Assembly (NCBI GenBank): GCA_036726225.1
Contig: DAIMCS010000001.1
Location: 188,885-252,884, forward strand
Source: Patescibacteria group bacterium
GTDB taxonomy: Bacteria; Patescibacteriota; Doudnabacteria; UBA920
Direction: 5' to 3'
DNA length: 64,000 bases
The notes below the pieces were generated by a model. The model was not told the DNA's origin and made no database searches. It saw only the letters and a list, made by a program, of their open reading frames with translations. Both the position numbers and the translations under genes were made by a program. Shown here in pieces: positions 57,204-64,000 of the stretch (position 1 is the stretch's first letter; every line of letters begins with the position of its first letter).

Positions 57204-59840
57204 ATGCGCGTTTACAACTATAAATTCCAAAAAGGCAATTCCAACAACTCTAAATTTAAGCTAAGGAAAAATTCCTGGTTTAAAAGATGGGACGGCAGAA
57301 AAATTTTTACCTGGGCTTTCAGGATTTTTGCTTTAGGGGTACTTTTCGTGGCGGTTTTGTTTTTGTACTATGCTAAAGATTTGCCGGATCCAAACAAATT
57401 AATAGACAGAATTGTACCCGAATCCACCAAAATTTTTGCCAGGGACGGCGAATTGCTTTACGAAATTCACGGCGAGTTCAAGCGCGACCAGGTAAACTTG
57501 GACGAAATCTCCACCTATTTAAAAAACGCCACGGTTGCAATTGAAGATAAAGATTTTTACAAGCACGGCGGCATATCGTTAACCGGTATGGCCAGGGCAG
57601 TAATTGTGGATGTCAGAAACTTAAACAAATCCCAAGGCGGCAGCACCATTACGCAACAGTTTGTAAAAAAAGCAATTTTAACGGATGACAAATCCTGGGA
57701 CCGAAAAATCCGCGAAATTATTTTGGCAATTTCCATTGACTCGCGTTTTTCCAAAGACGAAATTTTAAAACTTTACTTAAACGAAATTCCCTACGGCCGC
57801 AACACTTACGGGATTGAAGCGGCCAGCCAAAGTTATTTTGGCAAAAAGGCCAAAGATTTAAGCTTAGCCGAAAGCGCTTATTTGGCTTCTATACCGCAAG
57901 CGCCCACCCGCTACAATCCGCTTGGTCCTAACAGGGCGGCTTTAGATAACCGCAAAAATACTGTGCTTTTAGCAATGAAGCAACAGGGCTACATTACTGA
58001 AGATGAACAAAAAACGGCTTCTGAAGAAAAAGTGGAATTTTTGCCGCTAAGCCACGGCATTAAAGCGCCGCATTTCACTCTTTGGGTCCAGGACTACCTG
58101 GCCAATAAGTATGGCGAAAAAACCTTAGAAGAAGGCGGGCTAAAAGTTTACACCACCTTAAATTTCAAAATGCAGGAAATTGCCGAAGCCGCTGTAAAAA
58201 ACGGCGTAGAAAAAACCGCGACCAAATATAACGTGGGCAATGCGGCGCTGGTTGCCATAGACCCCAAAACCGGACAAATTTTAGCTATGGTTGGAGGCAA
58301 AGATTATTTTGGGGACGTCCTGCCCGAAGGCTGTAAGCCCGGAAAAAATTGCGTGTTTGAACCAAACGTGAATGTAGCGGTTTCGCAAAGGCAACCCGGC
58401 TCCAGTTTTAAGCCGTATGTTTACGCCACTGCATTTAAAAAAGAATTTAAATATTCTCCGGCCTCAATGCTGGTGGATGTAGTTACCAATTTCGGCACCT
58501 TTGGCGGCAAAGACTACATTCCGCGCAACTACAATGAACAATCTTACGGGCCGCTGTCTATGAGAAAAGCCCTGGCGGGAAGTTTAAACGTGCCCGCAGT
58601 AAAAACTTTAGCCTTAGTCGGCGTGGGCAGCGCTACACAAACCGCCCACGACTTGGGCATTACCAGCCCGCTTGCTGACTGCGGCCTTTCCTTGGTGTTG
58701 GGCGGCTGCGAAGTAAGGCTGGTTGACCACGTAGCTGCGTTTTCGGTTATTGCCAATGGGGGAGTTAAGAATGAAAAAACGCCGATTTTAAAAATTGAGG
58801 ACAAAGACGGAAAAATTATTGAAGAATTCAAAAGCGACCCTAAAGAAGTTTTAGACCCGGAGGCCGCTTACGAGTTAATTAGCATAATGACAGACAACGA
58901 CGCCCGAAGTTTTGTTTTCGGCGCCAACTCGCCGCTAATTTTGCCCGGGTGGGTGGTGGCTGCCAAAACCGGCACCACACAAAACTGGCACGACGGCTGG
59001 GCCTTAGGCTTTACGCCCTCTTTGGCTGCCGGCGTGTGGGCAGGCAACAACGACGGCACCCTGCTTAAAAAAGGCGCGGACGGCGTGTTCGTGGCGGCGC
59101 CAATTTGGAATGAATTTATGAAAAACGCCCTCAAAGACACCCCGGCAGAAAACTTTAGCCGGCCTTCCGGCATTCAACAGGTGGTTGTAGATGAAGTTTC
59201 AGGAAAACTTCCCACCAATGCCACGCCCAATACTAAAACCGAAATTTTTGCCAGCTATTCAGTGCCCGAGAGCTACGACAATGTGCATATTAGAGCCGCT
59301 ATAGATATTTTAACCGGGCTGCCCGCAGACGCCCTCACCCCACCGGAGAGAATAAGCTACCAGCTTTTTAACGTGCTGCACAGCGAAAAACCAGAAAATC
59401 CAAGCTGGGAACAGCCGGTGATAGCCTGGGCACTTGCCCATGGTTACAGCTATCCAAGTGCGGAAGTCTCGGGCGGCGGAGCAAGCCCGTCTGCGCCCAA
59501 CACCGGCCAGGGCCCCAACGTAAGTTTTGAACAGCCCGTGGAAGGCTCGGTAATATTCTCTTTGCCAATAAACGTGAGTGTGGCTGCGGCCGGGCCCAAC
59601 CCGGTGGCAAGAGTAGATTTGTCAGTAGACGGCGAATTTGTAAAAAGCCTAACCCAGGCACCTTACACCTTTAGCTTAAACAAAACCTATAGCAACGGTC
59701 GCCACGTTTTGGCTGCCAAAGCAGTCGACACTTTAGGCAACAGTTCTGACACCAGCATTAATATAAGTTTTGAAATAAATTCCGGCCCTCCCCCCGGTTT
59801 ACCGTTCCCTGGTGATTTTAATACAACCACTCCGCAGTAA
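57204..59840 (+). CDS. Penicillin-binding protein 1A (bifunctional transglycosylase/transpeptidase) with C-terminal extension
   Basis: GT51 motifs EDKDFYKHGG, GGSTITQQ; transpeptidase SSFKP, KTGTT. Confidence 0.9.
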   Translation: MRVYNYKFQKGNSNNSKFKLRKNSWFKRWDGRKIFTWAFRIFALGVLFVAVLFLYYAKDLPDPNKLIDRIVPESTKIFARDGELLYEIHGEFKRDQVNLDEISTYLKNATVAIEDKDFYKHGGISLTGMARAVIVDVRNLNKSQGGSTITQQFVKKAILTDDKSWDRKIREIILAISIDSRFSKDEILKLYLNEIPYGRNTYGIEAASQSYFGKKAKDLSLAESAYLASIPQAPTRYNPLGPNRAALDNRKNTVLLAMKQQGYITEDEQKTASEEKVEFLPLSHGIKAPHFTLWVQDYLANKYGEKTLEEGGLKVYTTLNFKMQEIAEAAVKNGVEKTATKYNVGNAALVAIDPKTGQILAMVGGKDYFGDVLPEGCKPGKNCVFEPNVNVAVSQRQPGSSFKPYVYATAFKKEFKYSPASMLVDVVTNFGTFGGKDYIPRNYNEQSYGPLSMRKALAGSLNVPAVKTLALVGVGSATQTAHDLGITSPLADCGLSLVLGGCEVRLVDHVAAFSVIANGGVKNEKTPILKIEDKDGKIIEEFKSDPKEVLDPEAAYELISIMTDNDARSFVFGANSPLILPGWVVAAKTGTTQNWHDGWALGFTPSLAAGVWAGNNDGTLLKKGADGVFVAAPIWNEFMKNALKDTPAENFSRPSGIQQVVVDEVSGKLPTNATPNTKTEIFASYSVPESYDNVHIRAAIDILTGLPADALTPPERISYQLFNVLHSEKPENPSWEQPVIAWALAHGYSYPSAEVSGGGASPSAPNTGQGPNVSFEQPVEGSVIFSLPINVSVAAAGPNPVARVDLSVDGEFVKSLTQAPYTFSLNKTYSNGRHVLAAKAVDTLGNSSDTSINISFEINSGPPPGLPFPGDFNTTTPQ

Positions 59841-61072
59841 TGTTTATTCTAATACTCCTCGCAACTCTAATACTAACCCCGGCCTATACGGTAAGGTTTA
59901 ACTTTTTTGGTATGCCCGCAAACTTACTTATGATGTGGGTGTTTTTAGTTTGGGTTGTCTTTTTTATTTGGTTAATGGTAAAAAATCAGCTATCACAATT
60001 TTTAGAGTCCGTTAAAAATTGTCATAGAAAAATTTTAGTTTTTACCGGATTATTTTTCCTGTCAGGATTAATTAGCCTCTTTGTAAACGGCTTTAGCATT
60101 GCAAAGTTTGGGCAATTCATTGTTTTGTTCCTGCAGCCGATTTTGTTATTTTTTATTGCCCGATATATTTTTGAGCTATCCCCACAAACCAAGACCCGTT
60201 TACTGTTTACTGTTTACTGTTTACTTGCCTTTGCCGGCTTATATGCGATTCTGCAATACCTAACCCTCATCGGCCTTCCGGAAATCTACTGGGGCAACGC
60301 CAACGAACCCAAACGCGCATTAAGCTTTTTTGCCCATCCCAACTTTTACGCCCTTTGGTCTGCGCCCCTGCTTGCGCTTTTGATTCCCGATCTTTTTCAA
60401 AATCTTAAATCTTCAATCTTAAATCTTAAATCTTTTTTTTGGCTTTTAGGCGCTCTTGGCCTGCTGTTTTCTTTTTCCCGTGCAGGCTGGCTGGGACTAG
60501 GTGCGGCTATGGGTATTTACCTGCTAATTGCCGGCGACAAAAAAATTCGCAAACTTGCTCTTGCAGCTGTTATTGTTATAGTTATTGTTATAGTCTCAAT
60601 TCCGAACTTGCGATGGCGCTTTGTTTTACCTTTCTATGGTGAAAAATCAGCCGTCTCCAGATTAAGTTTATGGAATACGGGAGCTAAAGCTATAAAAGAA
60701 TCGCCCATTTTAGGTTTGGGATTAACCGGATTTAACAACAACTGGCAACGGCTCAATACCGACCCCAACCTGGACACCCACAACTTCCCGCATAATATAT
60801 TTTTAAATTTTTGGGTGGAGACCGGACTTCTGGGCTTAATTAGCTTTTTAGGATTAGCCTCGGTTTTAATTTATCGCGGCCTGCGTCGCTCTGTCATCCC
60901 GGACTCCGATCCGGGATCCAGAATTTTAGATTCTCGCTTTCGCGGGAATGACACTATCAAGTTAAGCGTCGCCCTTTTCCTCATCTGCTTAATTTTTCAA
61001 GGACTAATTGATAACCCTTATTTTAAAAACGATTTAGCCTTGGTGTTTTGGATGGTACTATCTTTGTTTTAA
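59840..61072 (+). CDS. O-antigen ligase-like (Wzy_C) membrane protein, second paralog, with in-frame palindromic-element insertion
   Basis: FSRAGWLGLGAAMG motif; insertion 60893-60952 encodes ...VIPDSDPGSRILDSRFRGNDTI... Confidence 0.65.
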   Translation: MFILILLATLILTPAYTVRFNFFGMPANLLMMWVFLVWVVFFIWLMVKNQLSQFLESVKNCHRKILVFTGLFFLSGLISLFVNGFSIAKFGQFIVLFLQPILLFFIARYIFELSPQTKTRLLFTVYCLLAFAGLYAILQYLTLIGLPEIYWGNANEPKRALSFFAHPNFYALWSAPLLALLIPDLFQNLKSSILNLKSFFWLLGALGLLFSFSRAGWLGLGAAMGIYLLIAGDKKIRKLALAAVIVIVIVIVSIPNLRWRFVLPFYGEKSAVSRLSLWNTGAKAIKESPILGLGLTGFNNNWQRLNTDPNLDTHNFPHNIFLNFWVETGLLGLISFLGLASVLIYRGLRRSVIPDSDPGSRILDSRFRGNDTIKLSVALFLICLIFQGLIDNPYFKNDLALVFWMVLSLF

Positions 61073-61091
61073 AAAGCAATAAGGAGGCCAA

Positions 61092-61379
61092 ATGAAAAAA
61101 GTAATTGTGGACCTGGTTGGAATACCTTCAGAGCACGGATTAAAGCCCCTCCGGTTCGAAAGCAGGAGTGAGGGCTGGCCGTTTGCAATACTTCGGTATT
61201 CCATCAACGGAGAGACACAGGAGCACGGGATACGCTTTGACTTCGGCAAAAAAGACAAATCGGACCTGACGCTGACACTGGACAATTTTCAGGAACCGAA
61301 TTTCGAAAATGCAGTAAATTCTATGAGGCAAAAATTGGAGGAATTCCTGCCTTCAGTCCGAAGACATCTCTGGAAGTAA
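61092..61379 (+). CDS. Hypothetical small protein (moderately GC-enriched insertion)
   Basis: 95 aa; RBS AAGGAGG; terminator 61390-61413. Confidence 0.45.
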   Translation: MKKVIVDLVGIPSEHGLKPLRFESRSEGWPFAILRYSINGETQEHGIRFDFGKKDKSDLTLTLDNFQEPNFENAVNSMRQKLEEFLPSVRRHLWK

Positions 61380-61454
61380 CGCACAAAATAAACCCGGAAA
61401 GGTTTTCGGGTTTATTTTAATTTATCGCCGCATAAAAATCGGTAGGACTTCTAC

Positions 61455-61565
61455 AAATTATTCATCGCTCTCTTTCTCATTGTAATAATAACTCAAGGTC
61501 TGATTGATAGTCCTTATTTTAAAAACGATTTGGCTTTAGTATCCTGGCTACTTCTGGCATTTTAA
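61455..61565 (+). pseudogene. Duplicated 3' fragment of the O-antigen-ligase-like gene
   Basis: 61460-61560 approx. 75% identical to 60975-61072 (encodes ...LFLIVIITQGLIDSPYFKNDLALVSWLLLAF*). Confidence 0.6.
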
Positions 61566-61651
61566 AAAAACACCCTATGTCCAGGGTGTTTTTAAAAACA
61601 AACTATTAAGGGATCCTTCGCTTCGCTCAGGATGACGCCGGGTTGTCAGCG

Positions 61652-62131
61652 TCATCTTTTCAGCCTTATAACCACTTTCCTATAAGGTTCGTTGTCTATG
61701 GAGGAACTTTCAACTTCGGGGTGGTGTTCCTGCAAATACGCGTGGACTAATCTTCGTTCATAGTTCGGCATGGGTTCTAACGCCTGCGCCCTGCCCGTCA
61801 TCTTCAACTTTTCCACTGCCGCCTTAGCCGTTTCTTTTAAAAACCATTCGCGCTTTCTTTTGTAGTCATCGACATCCAATGTAAACCAAAAGGGCTGGGT
61901 TGTGTCATTGGCATTAAATTTCTTTGCAGCTAAAGCTTGGGCTAAAATTTGCAGAGAATGCAAAGTTGCGCCCTGACGGCCAATTAAAAGGTAAGAGTCG
62001 GGTGAAGAAATGTTAAAGACCAAACCTTTGGTAAGACTCTCTTCGAATTCCACACTTCCCAAAATCCCGGCCTTTTGTAAAATTTCATTTATTATTTGTT
62101 TTACCTGTTCAATCTTATTATAGTCAGTCAT
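61652..62131 (-). CDS. jag: Jag/KhpB RNA-binding protein (KH + R3H)
   Basis: 159 aa; R3H motif near C-terminus; downstream of yidC. Confidence 0.75.
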   Translation of the reverse strand: MTDYNKIEQVKQIINEILQKAGILGSVEFEESLTKGLVFNISSPDSYLLIGRQGATLHSLQILAQALAAKKFNANDTTQPFWFTLDVDDYKRKREWFLKETAKAAVEKLKMTGRAQALEPMPNYERRLVHAYLQEHHPEVESSSIDNEPYRKVVIRLKR

Positions 62132-62198
62132 TGGATCGGAATTATGAATTATGAATTATGAATCAGGGGATACGCCCATAATTCCTAATTCTTACTTC

Positions 62199-62903
62199 CT
62201 AATTCACCTTTGGCTGTTTTCTTATTATATAGTACTGCTGGGCTACGGCAAAGAGGGTGGTAACTATCCAGTAAAGCGGCAAACCGGCCGGCAGCTTCAT
62301 AGCAATAACCACGCTTATTACCGGCAAAACGTAAGTGGTTTGCAATTGCATAGCTCTCATTGTAGTGTCTTGGCCGGTAGTTTTGGGCATCATTAATTTC
62401 GATTGCCAAAATTGGGCAAGACCGGCAATTACGCCTAACACAATACTCGGTTTGCTTAGGTCCAAAAGATTTAAAAATCTAGGGTCTAAATTTGCCGGAT
62501 GCATAACAAAGTTATACAAACCGCTTAAATTATTGTTCAAAGCTTTGCTGAAAACCTGGTAGAGCGCAATTAAAATTGGCAGCTGGACGAGCAAGGGCAA
62601 ACACGAGGAAAGCGGATTAATTTTATGTTCCTTGTACAGTTCCATCATAGCTTTGGCCTGGGCTTCCTTGTCGTGCTTGTGTTTTTCGCGGACCTCATTT
62701 AATTTAGGCTGCAAATCGTTCATTGCCTTTTGGCTCTTAAGGCTTTTGTGGAAGCTTGGCGCCAACAATAAACGGATAAGCAAAGTGACAAGAATAATTA
62801 CAATGCCTATGTCGTGCCCGGGAATGACATTGTAAAAAAACACCAACAGGTTAAGTAGGGGGCGGTAAATAACTTCGTTGTACGCTAAGGTAAGAAAAGA
62901 CAT
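62199..62903 (-). CDS. yidC: Membrane protein insertase YidC (short form)
   Basis: 234 aa; Oxa1-family core. Confidence 0.85.
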   Translation of the reverse strand: MSFLTLAYNEVIYRPLLNLLVFFYNVIPGHDIGIVIILVTLLIRLLLAPSFHKSLKSQKAMNDLQPKLNEVREKHKHDKEAQAKAMMELYKEHKINPLSSCLPLLVQLPILIALYQVFSKALNNNLSGLYNFVMHPANLDPRFLNLLDLSKPSIVLGVIAGLAQFWQSKLMMPKTTGQDTTMRAMQLQTTYVLPVISVVIAMKLPAGLPLYWIVTTLFAVAQQYYIIRKQPKVN

Positions 62904-62910
62904 AAAGGGA

Positions 62911-63183
62911 TTAGGATTTAGGGACTAAATCTACGCTTGGCTCTGCCCAGGGATGACATTTGCTTAGTCTTTTTAGGCTTAAATACAGTCCTTTAATTAA
63001 ACCAAATTTTATTACAGCTTCTTTAGAATACTGGCTACAGGAAGGGTAATGGCGGCAGTAACCATAAGGAAAACGTGCCCGAAGCCAGCTGTGGTCAGGC
63101 GAAAGCAAAAATTGATAAACATTAATTAACATTACAATAATGTTTTTAGGGAGGTTAATTAATTGTTTAAAAAACTTTTTCAT
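62911..63183 (-). CDS. yidD: Membrane protein insertion efficiency factor YidD
   Basis: FPYGYCRHYPSCSQYSKEAVIKFG motif. Confidence 0.8.
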   Translation of the reverse strand: MKKFFKQLINLPKNIIVMLINVYQFLLSPDHSWLRARFPYGYCRHYPSCSQYSKEAVIKFGLIKGLYLSLKRLSKCHPWAEPSVDLVPKS

Positions 63184-63186
63184 AAA

Positions 63187-63513
63187 TTATTTTACTTTAC
63201 TGCAAAGCTCGGAAAATGCGTTTAAAATTTGTTTTTCCGGAGACGAGCTAATTTTTTGCCTGGCAATTATTGTATAGTCGCCGTTCTTAAACAAATTTAA
63301 ATTTTTCCTTACAAATTCCCGAACCAATCTTTTAAGCCGGTTTCTCTTGACCGCCGATTTAAAAATTTTGGTGGAAACCACTACGGTAAAACGTTTACCC
63401 TGAGGCCTGCTCAAAAATTTTATGCTGAAAAAAGGGTTAAAAAAAGCCCGCCCTTTTGCAAAGACTGCCTTCAGGTCCGTTTCCTTTGCAAGACGGTTTT
63501 TCTTATGGAGCAT
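63187..63513 (-). CDS. rnpA: Ribonuclease P protein component
   Basis: 108 aa basic; RNR motif region NRLKRLVREFVR. Confidence 0.8.
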   Translation of the reverse strand: MLHKKNRLAKETDLKAVFAKGRAFFNPFFSIKFLSRPQGKRFTVVVSTKIFKSAVKRNRLKRLVREFVRKNLNLFKNGDYTIIARQKISSSPEKQILNAFSELCSKVK

Positions 63514-63517
63514 AAAT

Positions 63518-63652
63518 TTAAACCGCTAGTCTCTTTCGCCCCTTAGCCCTGCGCCTGGCAATAACATTTCTGCCGGTTTTAGTCTGCATGCGTTTTAAAA
63601 ACCCGTGCCTGCGCGCTCTTCTTATTTTTTTTGGCTGATATGTCCTTTTCAT
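63518..63652 (-). CDS. rpmH: 50S ribosomal protein L34
   Basis: rc translation [44 protein letters not shown]; not in ORF track (<60 aa). Confidence 0.85.
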   Translation of the reverse strand: MKRTYQPKKIRRARRHGFLKRMQTKTGRNVIARRRAKGRKRLAV

Positions 63653-63828
63653 AAATACTCCGTTAATTCACAAATAGGGAACAAATTTAACCGATGCCAA
63701 ACTTATAGAAATTATCTATAAATCCGCGTCATCTAATTTAATCTGCGTATCTGTGATCGTTAAGTCTTGAATAATTATAAAGAAAATTGTCCCTTAGGTC
63801 AACCTTGCGCGCCCGGCAAAAACCAAAC

Positions 63829-63999
63829 TTAAACTTTCTCACACCTTTTCCACAGCATATTAACATCCTCATAAAATTCCCGCTTACCTTCGACCCTTTC
63901 AGCATCATTTACATGTTGATAACTTAACTGGTAGACTACAGAAAGCACGAAAAGACAAAAATCTTCCGTTACACGCTCGTTCCCTTTTTTGTAGTCTTC
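63829..63999 (-). CDS. Partial ORF (C-terminal 56 codons; continues beyond window end), hypothetical
   Basis: Open frame ...EDYKKGNERVTEDF...FYEDVNMLWKRCEKV*; no support beyond ORF. Confidence 0.25.
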   Translation of the reverse strand, partial: EDYKKGNERVTEDFCLFVLSVVYQLSYQHVNDAERVEGKREFYEDVNMLWKRCEKV

Positions 64000-64000
64000 G

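Noticed and set aside
63653-63828. oriC call in the spacer upstream of rpmH
   Set aside because: Only weak DnaA-box-like matches (ttatctata, ttttccaca) and dnaA is not in the window; insufficient to call an origin.
1-64000. CRISPR array, rRNA genes, transposase/integrase genes
   Set aside because: No regularly spaced direct repeats with unique spacers, no rRNA-like conserved stretches and no transposase-like ORFs are present. The abundant repeats are short palindromes of MITE/REP type without coding capacity.

Overview
This 64-kb window looks like a small, AT-rich bacterial genome. HTH–MurA fusion, tRNA-Ile(UAU), compact operons and many hypothetical small proteins suggest a CPR/Patescibacteria-like organism; this is inference, not established.

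Gene content is mostly housekeeping. It runs from a partial recA through a rodZ-like gene, ftsK and hsp20, then ddl–murF, infB–rbfA–nrnA, and a pyrC–pyrD–pyrF–pyrE–prs cluster. gyrA, rpsA, tyrS, PBP1A and ruvC–yebC follow. The window ends in the origin-proximal block jag–yidC–yidD–rnpA–rpmH.

There are 12 tRNA genes and one tRNA-Gly 3' fragment. I found no CRISPR array, no rRNA and no recognisable transposase.

What stands out is the non-coding architecture:
1. A covarying structured RNA motif sits immediately 5' of at least five tRNA genes; two copies share an identical ~85-nt stretch. The tRNA-Ser locus is bracketed by 15-bp terminal inverted repeats.
2. Several families of short palindromic elements are scattered through the window. 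They sit in every intergenic spacer of the pyr operon and are inserted in-frame inside intact housekeeping CDSs (rnhB, rsmI, aspA twice, both O-antigen-ligase-like genes). This resembles Rickettsia palindromic elements.
3. A paralogous ~170-bp cis-element (promoter, conserved leader, intrinsic terminator) precedes a GNAT gene and an hss–odc operon (homospermidine synthase and an ornithine-decarboxylase-like gene). I read it as a candidate attenuator, riboswitch or sRNA.
4. Three small GC-rich genes look horizontally acquired: a lipoprotein next to tRNA-Ser, a TonB C-terminal-domain protein, and a small protein inserted in a duplicated gene 3' end.

Several six-frame ORFs have over-extended N-termini that run into tRNAs or repeats (HAD hydrolase, alpha/beta hydrolase, rlmH, prs, gyrA, the TonB-like gene). 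I trimmed these to internal starts.
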